Positions 39,490-49,700 of a stretch of 60,393 nucleotides of DNA are shown piece after piece. The notes beneath the pieces are model-generated. The model searched no databases. It was not told where the DNA came from and saw only the letters and a program-made list of their open reading frames with translations. A program made the position numbers and the translations under genes. How positions within the stretch are numbered: the stretch's first letter is position 1; the number at the start of each line of letters is the position of its first letter. The stretch comes from an uncultured virus (IMG/VR IMGVR_UViG_3300010296_000006) (lineage: Duplodnaviria; Heunggongvirae; Uroviricota; Caudoviricetes), in IMG/VR virus record IMGVR_UViG_3300010296_000006. One strand, given 5' to 3'.

Positions 39490-40455
39490 ATGACTGATCT
39501 AAAAAAGTTTGAGGAAATGCTTGAACGCCTAGTCAATGAAGACAGAGAAGGTGCAGAAGAGCTATTCCATGAAATCGTGGTAGAAAAATCACGTGAGATT
39601 TACCAAAACATCATTGAATCAGATGACGAAGAAGTTGATGAAGCAACAGACGAAGAAGTTGATGAATCAGATGATGAAGAAGTTGATGAAGCAACTGATG
39701 AAGAAGTAGACGAAGCAACTGATGAAGAAGTAGACGAGTCAGAAGATGACGATCTAGATGAAATGTTTGGTTTAGACGAGCTTGACATGGAACCAGAAAT
39801 GGGCGGCGACGAAACCGACGACATGATGGGCGACATTGAAATGCCAGATGGCGATGATGACGACGAAGAAGGCGACGACGAAGAAGGCGAAGGCCCTGAA
39901 GCAGCTATGGCTGATTTAGAAGCAGCATTCCAAAATCTTCAAGCAGAGTTTGAGAAAATGATGGGTGACGACGACGGAGATGATGACGACGAAGCCGAAG
40001 AAGAAGCATTTGCATATGAGTCAGAAGAAGAAGTTGATGAATCAGATGATGAAGAAGTAGACGAAGCAACCGATGAAGAAGTTGATGAATCAGATGATGA
40101 AGAAGTTGATGAAGCTGTACAAAAATCAGCAGCAGAAATCATGCGCGAATATGCTAACAAAATGGCAGATGAACCAAAAAAAGGTGACAATGGCGCAAAT
40201 GCAAAATCAGTAGTTGCAGGTAAAAACGATATGGGCGGAACAGCGTCAAACATCGTAGCTGGCGGTGAAGCTGACACAGGCGGAACAGCAGGCGGCTTAG
40301 CAGCACCAACTACAAAAGAAGATAACGCAGGTAACAGAAATGTTAAAGGCGGTACAAGTGCCAAATCAGGCACTAAAACAGAACCTGGCCACGGCGCTGA
40401 GAAAAAGGGCAAGCCAGAGAACGCAGCTAATAAAAAATCACCTATTGGCAGCTAA
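39490..40455 (+). CDS. Highly acidic prohead core protein (gp67-like)
   Basis: ATG 39490 after AGGAG; Asp/Glu-rich; lies between portal and protease. Confidence 0.7.
   Translation: MTDLKKFEEMLERLVNEDREGAEELFHEIVVEKSREIYQNIIESDDEEVDEATDEEVDESDDEEVDEATDEEVDEATDEEVDESEDDDLDEMFGLDELDMEPEMGGDETDDMMGDIEMPDGDDDDEEGDDEEGEGPEAAMADLEAAFQNLQAEFEKMMGDDDGDDDDEAEEEAFAYESEEEVDESDDEEVDEATDEEVDESDDEEVDEAVQKSAAEIMREYANKMADEPKKGDNGANAKSVVAGKNDMGGTASNIVAGGEADTGGTAGGLAAPTTKEDNAGNRNVKGGTSAKSGTKTEPGHGAEKKGKPENAANKKSPIGS
39628..39747 (+). repeat. Five 24-bp coding tandem repeats (EEVDE[AT/SD]D); second block near 40027-40113
   Basis: gaagaagt(t/a)ga(t/c)ga(a/g)... units repeated in frame. Confidence 0.85.
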
Positions 40456-40472
40456 AAAGTAAGGACTGATAG

Positions 40473-41090
40473 ATGTTTCAACTACGTGAAAATCTAAGTT
40501 TTGACCAAGCTAGAATGGTCGTTGAGTCTGCCAACGAAGGCAAAGATCTTTACATGAAAGGTATTTGTATTCAAGGCGGCGTTAAAAACGCTAATCAGCG
40601 TGTTTATCCCGTAGAAGAAATTGGCAGGGCTGTCACCACGCTCAATGAGCAGATAGCCGGTGGATACTCAGTTTTAGGCGAAGTAGATCATCCTGAAGGA
40701 CTTAACATAAACCTCGATCGTGTATGTCACATGGTAACAGAAATGTGGATGGACGGTCCAAACGGTTACGGAAAATTAAAAATCCTACCTACTCCGATGG
40801 GAGGCCTAGTTAAAACAATGCTAGAAAGCGGCGTTAAACTAGGTGTCTCATCTAGAGGAAGTGGAGAAGTTGACGGCAGCGGAAACGTTGCCGGATTTGA
40901 AATAATCACTGTGGACGTTGTGGCACAGCCCAGCGCCCCTGGTGCGTATCCTACACCTATTTACGAACATATTATGAACGAAAGAGGTGGATACAAGGCA
41001 TTATTAACTTCTAAAGAAGTAACAGGCGATCCAAAGGCAAAAAAATATATTAAAGAGAGTCTATTAAATATAATAGACAGGCTCCAATAA
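40473..41090 (+). CDS. gp21: Prohead protease
   Basis: KNANQRVYP, LGEVDHP, LGVSSRGSG, DVVAQPSAPGAY. Confidence 0.95.
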   Translation: MFQLRENLSFDQARMVVESANEGKDLYMKGICIQGGVKNANQRVYPVEEIGRAVTTLNEQIAGGYSVLGEVDHPEGLNINLDRVCHMVTEMWMDGPNGYGKLKILPTPMGGLVKTMLESGVKLGVSSRGSGEVDGSGNVAGFEIITVDVVAQPSAPGAYPTPIYEHIMNERGGYKALLTSKEVTGDPKAKKYIKESLLNIIDRLQ

Positions 41091-41102
41091 AAGGAGAAAA
41101 AA

Positions 41103-42194
41103 ATGGAAGCACTTAAATCCCTTTTAGAGAGCGAAGCAATAACCGAAGCAATGGCTGCCGAAATTCAAGAAGCTTTTGATGCAAAAGTCAAAGAAAATCG
41201 TGTAGCTGTTACTGCTGAGTTGCGTGAAGAGTTTGCAAGTAAATATGAGCACGACAAAGGTGTAATGGTTGAAGCTGTTGATTCACTAGTTACAGAAAAA
41301 CTAGCTGAAGAAATGGCAGAGTTCCACGAAGATCGTAAACAACTTGCAGAACAGAAAGCAAAATATGCAGTTGCAATGAAGGAAAATGCAAGTCTGTTAC
41401 AAAGATTTGTTACTGAAAATCTAGTAAAAGAAGTTAACGAACTACATGAAGACCAAAAGGCTATGGCTAGTAAGTTTTCTGTACTAGAAGAGTTTGTTGT
41501 AGAACAACTTGCAGGTGAAATTGCGGAGTTCCAAGAAGACAAAAAAGACCTTGCTGAAACAAAAGTACGTTTAGTACGTGAAAGCAAAGACCATTTGAAT
41601 AAAGTTAAAACAACTTTCATTCAAAAAAGTGCTGCAATGATTTCTGAAACTGTTGAAAAAGCACTAACAGGTGAAATATTACAGTTGAAAGAAGATATTG
41701 ACTCAGCACGTCGAAATGATTTTGGACGTAAGATTTTTGAAGCATTTGCAAATGAATATATGTCATCGCATTTGAATGAAAAATCTGAAACACAAAAACT
41801 ATTAAAAGTTCTTGCTGCTAAAGATCAACTACTATCAGAAGCAAAAGATTTAGCTAACAAAGCTAAAGATATTGCAAAAACAAAAGATGCTGAAGTAGCT
41901 CGTTTAGTTGAAGCGCAAGAGCGTACAAAAGTAATGAACGAGTTGGTTGCACCATTAGGTAAAGACCAGCGTGAAATCATGACAGATTTACTGGAAACAG
42001 TTCAAACGAAGAAACTACGTGAATCGTTTGACAAATACCTACCATCAGTTATTGATGGTAAGAGCCCAGCAAAGCAGAAGGCACCACTTACAGAAGGCAA
42101 AGAAATTACAGGCAACAGAAAACAAAAGTTCAGTAATGAAGCAGACGCAGTTGACAGAAATGTTATTGATATTAAGCGTCTAGCTGGATTATAA
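41103..42194 (+). CDS. gp22: Prohead scaffolding protein
   Basis: Coiled-coil Glu/Lys-rich protein between protease and capsid genes. Confidence 0.85.
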   Translation: MEALKSLLESEAITEAMAAEIQEAFDAKVKENRVAVTAELREEFASKYEHDKGVMVEAVDSLVTEKLAEEMAEFHEDRKQLAEQKAKYAVAMKENASLLQRFVTENLVKEVNELHEDQKAMASKFSVLEEFVVEQLAGEIAEFQEDKKDLAETKVRLVRESKDHLNKVKTTFIQKSAAMISETVEKALTGEILQLKEDIDSARRNDFGRKIFEAFANEYMSSHLNEKSETQKLLKVLAAKDQLLSEAKDLANKAKDIAKTKDAEVARLVEAQERTKVMNELVAPLGKDQREIMTDLLETVQTKKLRESFDKYLPSVIDGKSPAKQKAPLTEGKEITGNRKQKFSNEADAVDRNVIDIKRLAGL

Positions 42195-42206
42195 AGGAGA
42201 AACATT

Positions 42207-43379
42207 ATGTCAGAACTATTAGAAAGTCGCTGGCAGGAGACCAAAGGTGCCCTTGTTGAAGGCCTTTCAGGCAACAAAAAAGCTGTTATGGAAACAACTC
42301 TTGAAAATACTCGTAAGCATTTGATGGAGACAGCAACAGCGGGTGCAACTTCTGCAGGTAACGTAGCAACACTTAACCGTGTGATCCTACCAGTGATCAG
42401 ACGTGTTATGCCAACAGTGATTGCTAACGAAATCGTTGGTGTTCAGCCAATGACTGGTCCAGTGGGTCAAATCCACACACTACGTGTACGTTATGCTGAT
42501 AGCTATACAGGCACGTCAGGCGGAAGCGCAGCAGCTGGTGAAGAAGCTCTATCACCATTTAAAATTGCTGAAGGTTATTCAGGTAATGCAAATGGTAAAG
42601 CAGACGCAACAGCAGCAAAAGAAGGTGCAGCTGGTAACAGACTAAGCATCCAAATCTTGAAGCAAACAGTCGAAGCCAAATCACGCAAACTAAGCGCACG
42701 TTGGACATTCGAAGCAGCTCAAGACGCTCAGTCACAGCATGGTATCGACGTAGAAGCAGAAATCATGGCAGCACTTGCTCAAGAGATTACTGCTGAAATC
42801 GACCAAGAAGTACTACGTAGCCTAAGCACACTAGCAGGCACAGGTACAGATACATACAACCAAGCAGCAGTTTCTGGTACAGCAACATTCGTCGGTGACG
42901 AACATGCAGCACTAGCGGTTCTAGTTAACCGTGCAGCAAACCGCATTGCACAGCGTACACGCCGTGGTGCAGGTAACTGGGCAGTTGTATCACCAGCAAT
43001 CTTAACTGTACTACAATCAGCAACAACTTCAGCGTTTGCACGTACAACTGAAGGTTCATTTGAAGCACCAACAAACACAAAAATGGTTGGTACACTAAAC
43101 AACGCAATGCGCATTTATGTTAACACATATGCAGACGACGACGATGTACTTGTTGGTTACAAAGGTTCATCAGAATCAGACGCAGCAGCGTTCTACTGCC
43201 CATACATTCCGTTAATGAGCAGTGGTGTTGTTCTAGATCCAGATACATTCGAGCCAGTCGTGAGCTTCATGACTCGTTACGGTTATGTGGAACTATCAAA
43301 CACAGCTTCGTCACTTGGTAACGCAGCTGACTACCTAGAAAAAGTAGAAGTTACTTCAGGTAACCTAAGCTTCAGCTAA
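42207..43379 (+). CDS. gp23: Major capsid protein
   Basis: GVQPMTGPVGQI, VEAKSRKLSARWTFEAAQD, EITAEID, FYCPYIPL, TRYG. Confidence 0.97.
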   Translation: MSELLESRWQETKGALVEGLSGNKKAVMETTLENTRKHLMETATAGATSAGNVATLNRVILPVIRRVMPTVIANEIVGVQPMTGPVGQIHTLRVRYADSYTGTSGGSAAAGEEALSPFKIAEGYSGNANGKADATAAKEGAAGNRLSIQILKQTVEAKSRKLSARWTFEAAQDAQSQHGIDVEAEIMAALAQEITAEIDQEVLRSLSTLAGTGTDTYNQAAVSGTATFVGDEHAALAVLVNRAANRIAQRTRRGAGNWAVVSPAILTVLQSATTSAFARTTEGSFEAPTNTKMVGTLNNAMRIYVNTYADDDDVLVGYKGSSESDAAAFYCPYIPLMSSGVVLDPDTFEPVVSFMTRYGYVELSNTASSLGNAADYLEKVEVTSGNLSFS

Positions 43380-43400
43380 GTTATATTTTTTATAATAATA

Positions 43401-43426
43401 AAAAAGGCCCTACGGGGCCTTTTTTT
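43401..43426 (+). terminator. Intrinsic terminator (bidirectional-looking) after the capsid gene
   Basis: AAAAAGGCCC-TACG-GGGCCTTTTTTT. Confidence 0.9.
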
Positions 43427-43441
43427 GTGATATATAGTTTT

Positions 43442-44044
43442 ATGAAAACACTATGGACATATGGTTGTAGTTGGACACAAGGTTCGTGTTTAGAAGATAA
43501 CAGTATATTTGAAAACAACGATTGGGATTTTGACGAATATAAAACAAGCAAATACAGTTGGCCAAGTATTTTATCAACTGAGTTAGGAATGATTTGCAAA
43601 AACAAAGGCGCTGGCGGCAATAGTAATCAAAAAATATTCCAAAATATAATAGACGATTGCGATCAATGGCAAAAAAATGATATTATTATTGTTATGTGGA
43701 CTGGTTATTCAAGATTTTTGTTTTATCAAAATATACATGGAACTAACTTAAATCCTAATATAGATAATATTAGTTTTTATCAGTCTTATTTAAAAGAAGA
43801 TTCTAAGTTAGATTACCTTGATTCTAAATATAAAACTTTATATTATATGAAAACACTTGATAAACTACACAAAAATACAATACAAACTTGTGTAGACTTT
43901 GGAAACATTGAACTTAAAGAATTAAAAGATATAAACTTTTATCAAAATCCTTACACTAACGATTACAAAGCACTGGATAACGAGCATCCTGGACCAGAAT
44001 GGCATAAAAAAACAGCAAGTTTTTTAAAAGAGATTGTAAAATGA
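43442..44044 (+). CDS. SGNH/GDSL hydrolase-like protein
   Basis: GCSWT (block I), GAGGNSN (block II), DNEHP (block V). Likely start ATG 43442. Confidence 0.65.
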   Translation: MKTLWTYGCSWTQGSCLEDNSIFENNDWDFDEYKTSKYSWPSILSTELGMICKNKGAGGNSNQKIFQNIIDDCDQWQKNDIIIVMWTGYSRFLFYQNIHGTNLNPNIDNISFYQSYLKEDSKLDYLDSKYKTLYYMKTLDKLHKNTIQTCVDFGNIELKELKDINFYQNPYTNDYKALDNEHPGPEWHKKTASFLKEIVK

Positions 44045-44607
44045 AACAAAATATATTTTCAGTTCCTATATATGTATCTCAAGTAGATATAGAGGAACAA
44101 ACTTTAATAGAACAAACAATGTTAAACACAGATTTTGATTTTATCAAAGGCAGTGATTTTGGATTAGAAAGCGATGTTCAGATTACACACTTGTATGATA
44201 ACTTTTTTGAGCATGGAGATTTTGAGTTTTTTAAATCAGTTATGCAAAAACATTTATCAAAGTACCTAAATGAAGTGCAAAGTGAGATTTTAAATTTTGA
44301 GATAGACACTGCTTGGATAACCAAAACGTTACCAGGAGAAGTAATAACACCTCACAATCACAGAGATGCTGACATATCCTGTGTTTACTATGTGCAAACT
44401 AATGGCGAAGATGGAGATCTTGCTCTTTATAGTCCTAATCCAGCAATAGATGCAAGTAGATGGATTGATCAAGGAAGTATATACAAAATAAAACCAATAC
44501 CAGGACAGATTGTATTTTTTCCAGCCTGGTTATTACATTCAACAACTATAAACAAAACTGATAATGAAAGAATTAGTGTTGCAATAGATTTAATAGAAAA
44601 AAAATAA
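44041..44607 (+). CDS. 2OG-Fe(II) oxygenase (TIGR02466-like)
   Basis: AWI...PHNH...ISCVYY...G.L...FFPAWLLH......RISVA. Confidence 0.8.
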   Translation: MKQNIFSVPIYVSQVDIEEQTLIEQTMLNTDFDFIKGSDFGLESDVQITHLYDNFFEHGDFEFFKSVMQKHLSKYLNEVQSEILNFEIDTAWITKTLPGEVITPHNHRDADISCVYYVQTNGEDGDLALYSPNPAIDASRWIDQGSIYKIKPIPGQIVFFPAWLLHSTTINKTDNERISVAIDLIEKK

Positions 44608-44615
44608 AAAAGTGG

Positions 44616-44644
44616 TTGACCTCTGTGTATTCTTTTGCTATATT
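44616..44644 (+). promoter_or_regulatory. Sigma70-type promoter TTGACC-17-TATATT with extended -10 TG
   Basis: TTGACC 44616-21, TG 44636-37, TATATT 44639-44. Same GTTGAC context as the two other sigma70-type promoters. Confidence 0.7.
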
Positions 44645-44650
44645 ATAAAC

Positions 44651-44860
44651 ATAACAAAGACGACGGTCTGAGTTAGATAGTGCAAGGAAACGCTGCTTGG
44701 TAGAGGCAGTAACTTGGCTAGTAGTTGTAGTGACAGCGCATGAGCAAGGAGACTTGAAGATGTGTTTTTGGAAGTAACTATCCGATGCTAGGCTTCGCTT
44801 TTATGGAAGGATCTACAAAGGCGATTGTTGGTAATCCTTAATCCAACCTATCATATTATT
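44651..44860 (+). ncRNA. Candidate structured small RNA (~210 nt plus terminator)
   Basis: Lies between its own promoter and terminator, has no credible ORF, and folds into multiple stems with a kissing-loop complementarity. Confidence 0.65.
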
Positions 44861-44864
44861 AGAG

Positions 44865-44897
44865 AAAGGTCTGCTATATTTTAGCAGGCCTTTTTTT
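44865..44897 (+). terminator. Intrinsic terminator
   Basis: AAAGGTCTGCTA-TATTT-TAGCAGGCCTTTTTTT. Confidence 0.88.
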
Positions 44898-44928
44898 GTG
44901 GACATTATAACCCATTTTTACGAAAAGG

Positions 44929-45010
44929 ATAAATACTTATGTCAAGAGGAGAACCTCTTTGAGGACTTATGCGGTACCCACCGCGTAGACTTAGAACGTC
45001 AACAAAGGAG
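44929..45010 (+). promoter_or_regulatory. Late promoter ATAAATA plus structured 5' leader
   Basis: ATAAATA 44929-35; hairpins 44942-62 and 44968-87; AAGGAG RBS. Confidence 0.55.
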
Positions 45011-45018
45011 AAAAAACA

Positions 45019-45372
45019 ATGGGACGTCCAGTAAATAAAAGATACTTCGGTGTAACCGGAGGAGCAACACCAAAAATACCAATCAGATTTTATAGTACAT
45101 CATTAATTGAAGGTTATATTGTATCACAACGTGGCACAAATAAGTTTAACTGTTCAAACGATGCAGGATCTACAACAGCAGTATGCAGACTAGTACAAGC
45201 TGCACCAAGTGCTGACAACGAAGCACAGCTTATTGGAATCGGCGCAGGCGGCGGTGCTATTGCAGTTAAAAAACTTTTCAATAGAACAGCGGTAGATTAT
45301 GACAACAATCGTTATACATGGACTGTAGAAGACGACTCAACTGAATCGCTACTTAGATTAACTGCTATCTAA
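45019..45372 (+). CDS. Small virion structural protein
   Basis: Strong RBS, late promoter, beta-rich; first gene of the fibre operon. Confidence 0.65.
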   Translation: MGRPVNKRYFGVTGGATPKIPIRFYSTSLIEGYIVSQRGTNKFNCSNDAGSTTAVCRLVQAAPSADNEAQLIGIGAGGGAIAVKKLFNRTAVDYDNNRYTWTVEDDSTESLLRLTAI

Positions 45373-45382
45373 GGAGAGATAG

Positions 45383-46417
45383 ATGTTAAAGTTAGAGCAG
45401 TATGATCAGATTAGCGAATACAAAGTAAGGATTGCCCCTGGTGGAAACTTTACTTTTGATACTGTTGATAGCACAGGTACAGTTACTATTAATGGTAACT
45501 TAAATGTATTAGGTGCAACAACAACAGTTGGTTCGTCAGATTTGGTTGTTTCTGATAACACTATCACAGTTAATAGCGGCGAGACTGGCGCAGGTGTTAG
45601 TCTTACAACTGCTGGTTTAATTATTGATCGTGGTTCTCTAACAGACGCACAACTACTGTGGAATGAAAGTCTAACTACTATTGATGCAGGTGGCAATGAT
45701 ACACAGCCCGGAGCATTTAGTTTTGCTGAGGCTAATGGAAATCTTGTAGGTATACATGTTGCAAGTATTAAAGCAGATCCTAACGAAAATCTGTACTTAC
45801 TTGGTGAAAATGGAACAGGGTATGTAAGTGTAACAGGCACTACTGATTATGAAAAACAAATTTTTCAATACGATGCTGGCACTAACTTAATCATATATAA
45901 TCCAAGCACACCAGACAGATTAGCACAACCGGTTGATGATGATATTATACCAAATATTCGTAGTGTTAAAGATTATGTTAAAAGTTATCTTGCATTTAAC
46001 TATTCAGATAGGATTGCTGCTTTACAAGACTCAGATACAAGAGTTACAGCATATGATGCAGATGATCCTGCCCAAGCTATTAGTAAAGTTGAAATAAGTA
46101 TTGATGGCATAATCAATGCATCGTTTAAAACAGCATTTGCTGAAATATTTGACTATCAGTTTTCAACAGGAAACTTTGGAACAACAAACCTAAATGGTGA
46201 TACAAGGATATCTGCAAACGGTACAGGTTCTATTATAACAAACTTTCCTGTTCAATTTGAAAAAATAACAGATCCGTTAGCACCTTCTGATGGAGTTAAG
46301 TTATATTCTAAAAGCGAGGCTGACGGCGGAACTGGTATATTTTTTATAAACGAAAATAGCACAAACGACGAACTTATTAGTAGGAACAAAGCATTACTCT
46401 ACAGTATTATTTTTTAA
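45383..46417 (+). CDS. Fibre-type structural protein
   Basis: GTVTINGNLNVLGATTTV...VSDNTITVNSGETG...GLIIDRG fibre motif; C-terminal ELISRNKALLYSIIF. Confidence 0.7.
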   Translation: MLKLEQYDQISEYKVRIAPGGNFTFDTVDSTGTVTINGNLNVLGATTTVGSSDLVVSDNTITVNSGETGAGVSLTTAGLIIDRGSLTDAQLLWNESLTTIDAGGNDTQPGAFSFAEANGNLVGIHVASIKADPNENLYLLGENGTGYVSVTGTTDYEKQIFQYDAGTNLIIYNPSTPDRLAQPVDDDIIPNIRSVKDYVKSYLAFNYSDRIAALQDSDTRVTAYDADDPAQAISKVEISIDGIINASFKTAFAEIFDYQFSTGNFGTTNLNGDTRISANGTGSIITNFPVQFEKITDPLAPSDGVKLYSKSEADGGTGIFFINENSTNDELISRNKALLYSIIF

Positions 46418-46428
46418 AGGATTAGATT

Positions 46429-46761
46429 ATGGCAATAAACAACGTATTAATACTATCAACAGATACAACTGCATTATCAGTTCCGGCTGGTAAAAAGTAT
46501 GCTATAACCACCTTACTAGTTTGTAACTACGGAACATCAACTAATAGTATAAACGACAGTTCTTTTAATATGTATGTTATTAAAGGATCTGGTGGAGTTA
46601 AGTCAAGTACCAATCTAGTATTGAACAATGTTTCATTACCTGCGCAAGAAACATTTACTTTTAATGTTGAAAGATTAATATTAGAAGAAGGTGATAGGGT
46701 GATATTAAACAGCCCCGACGATGACAAACTTAGTGCAACTATTAGTTATTTGGAAGTATAA
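46429..46761 (+). CDS. Small beta-sandwich virion protein
   Basis: ITTLLVCN...PAQETF......LILEEGD.......ISYLEV; coupled to the next gene. Confidence 0.6.
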   Translation: MAINNVLILSTDTTALSVPAGKKYAITTLLVCNYGTSTNSINDSSFNMYVIKGSGGVKSSTNLVLNNVSLPAQETFTFNVERLILEEGDRVILNSPDDDKLSATISYLEV

Positions 46762-49700
46762 TGAAGTATTTAAAGAAGCAGATATTACACGAAAGAAAAG
46801 TTAAAGATCAGTCTTTTGTATTAAATGCTGATGGTAGCATTGACATAAAACCGTTAGCAGGTAAAGAAGTAAGGATTGATGGAAACTTAAATGTTACTGG
46901 AAATAGTCCAGGCGCAACAAACCAACTTGTATACTACGTTAGCTTAGAAGGTAATGATTCTAATACAGGAACAGGTGCTGGACCAGGACAGGCAAAAAGA
47001 ACTGTAAAAGCAGCAGTTGATGCTGCTCCTGCTGGTGCAACTATACAAGTTGCTCCTGGAGATTACTATGAAGAAAATCCTATTACTCTTAAAGCTCGTC
47101 AAACAGTTAGAGGTGATAGTTTACGTAATACACAAATATATCCAAAAAATAATACACAAACAATATTTTTTATGGATAATGCATGTTATCTATTCCAACT
47201 TACATTTAGAGCATTGCGTGATCCAGGTTGGTGCGCTGAGATTAAACCAAATGCACTTGTAACTGTTTCACCATATGTACAAAACTGCACTAACATGAAC
47301 GGTCCTTGGCTTAATGACGGTACTGAATTTATACCTTTTGAAACTGTTCAAATTGAAGGTGTAAACCCTGGCGCTAGACCTATTGAAAATGATCCAAATG
47401 TTCCTTTAGGTAAACGTGTTAATACCACAGGTGGCGGCAACGGTATGCTAGTTGATGGCAATCAATATCATCCTGACAGCTTAGTCAAATCTTTTGTTGC
47501 TGATGCATTTACACAAATTGCACAAGGTGGTATTGGGTTCCATATTACAAACGAAGGTTATACACAGATTGTTAGCTGCTTCTCTGTTTTTACAAGAGTT
47601 GGCTTCCAAGCAACCAAAGGTGGTTATCTAAGTATTTCAAACTCAGTTAGTGACTTTGGTACATATGCTATTATTGCAGACGGTGTATTTGACAAAGTCT
47701 TTACCACCGCTAGACCAATCCAAGATTATTATTCAAGTGTGGGTAGTATTACTATGAACAATACTGGTGCTAACTATACTACTGCACCGACTGTTGTAAT
47801 AGATCCGCCACTAGGTGATATAAATGGTGTTACAGCTACAGGCACAGCATCGTTAGACGCTACAACAGGACAAATTACCGCTATAACTATTACAGATCAA
47901 GGTAGTGGTTATGATAGAGTGCCAAATGTTAGTCTAGTTGGCGGCGGCTATGATGTTATTGCAACTGCTACTGCTAATCTTGTGACTAATCAAGTTATTA
48001 CTGTAAACGGATTAAGAGATATACCTCAGACTGGTAGTATAATAACTTTTGAAGGTGATTCACAAGGATACTATGTAACAAATACTAATATTACCACACA
48101 ACCTTTTATATACAACGAATCAGTATGTAGACGCGATGTTAGACGTATTGTAGATGCTGTAGTTGGAGATTTAGCATTAGGAACAAACTATCAATCGTTA
48201 GCAGCTGGTAGAAGCTATTTACGTGCAAGAGCAAATAAAGTTATTGCAGCACAACTTGCTCCAACTATATATGGCATTGAAGCAGCTAGAGACGAAATGC
48301 TTGCTCGTATACCTGACAGTGACCCACTTAACGAAGATGCAAGATATTTTATAATAGAACGTTTTGCAGAAATAGTGTCTTATCTAAATCAAGGAGATAG
48401 CACTGCTGCACCTGACATTGATTTAGGAACTAATACACTAGTAGACGAAGGTACTAGAGCAGCAGCAGATAACATTGTTGCAAATAAAGATTTTATAGTT
48501 AACGAACTAACAAACTATATTTCTAATCAGTTTTCTAATCTGTCATACAATCAAGCAAAATGTGAAAGAGACACAGAACTATTAGTTGAAGCTATAGGTT
48601 ACGATCTTGCAACAGGAAGTAATGTTAGAACAATATTTGCTGCACTAAGTTATGCGAGAGCAAATGCTAGTAAAGTTTCGTCAGATATTCAATATGAAGT
48701 TTCAAAAGCAACATTTGAAAATACCAGAGATAGTATTTTAGCTATTAGTGCTGTTTCAGGATCACCAACAGCAGTAACTCGTGTTAATAACTTGTTTACA
48801 GAGTTTTTGGATATTTTTGCAGGCTTAAACTTTAATAAAGATAAATGTGAAAGAGATATTGGATATGTTGTAGATAGTGTTGCGTGGGATGTTATACTTA
48901 ATACTAACTATAATGCAGTAACAACAGGATTGAGTTATCAAAGGGCACCAAGTGCATATGTTTTAAGCAGCCAGTTCCAACAAACTATTCGCACATATCA
49001 ATACATGAAAGATATTGCCTCAAATACATATATGACATTAAGCAACACAGCAGTAACTAGAAGTGAAGCTGCATTTGATGAAATTATTGATATTATTTCT
49101 AATGCTGATAGTAGTCAAGATGCTAATGTAGTAGATGCAATAACATATACAGATCCTGGTGTTGATGTAAACAAAAGATACGCTAGAGAACTACTACAAC
49201 TTAACAGAGATTATATTGCTTCTGAGTTAACAACATGGATTGCAACTTATTACCCAAGTTTAACATACGATAGTGCAACATGTGAAAGAGATGTAAAGTT
49301 TATTACAGATGCAGTGTGTTTTGACGTACAATACGGAGGCAACTTTGCTACACGTAGAGCAGCCGATGCTTACTTTGTTGGAACAGTAAGTCAACTAGGA
49401 AGCACAGACGAAGTAACAGCAACTATTGATGCTTATAACGAATTGATTAATATTATGCAAAACATAATATTAGAAACATATTCAGGTCAGCAAGTAACTA
49501 CAAATCCAGCATCATCGTCTGAAGTTGACGAAGTAGGGTCATTAGTACAAATTGTAATAGACGTTCTTGAAGCAGGTAGTACTTCGGCTTTACCAACACT
49601 AACAGAGCCAAGTATAGCTCACATTACAGATCAAAATCTTATATACGCATTTAATAACTGGCAAGATAATATGCCTGCAATCAAAGTTGATGTATTAGAA

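Noticed and set aside
39628..40113. 24-bp tandem repeats as a CRISPR or guide array
   Set aside because: In-frame coding repeats with mostly synonymous variation, no unique spacers and no cas genes.
44939..44962. Mini-ORF MSRGEPL* after the late promoter
   Set aside because: Seven codons coinciding with a hairpin; no support for translation.
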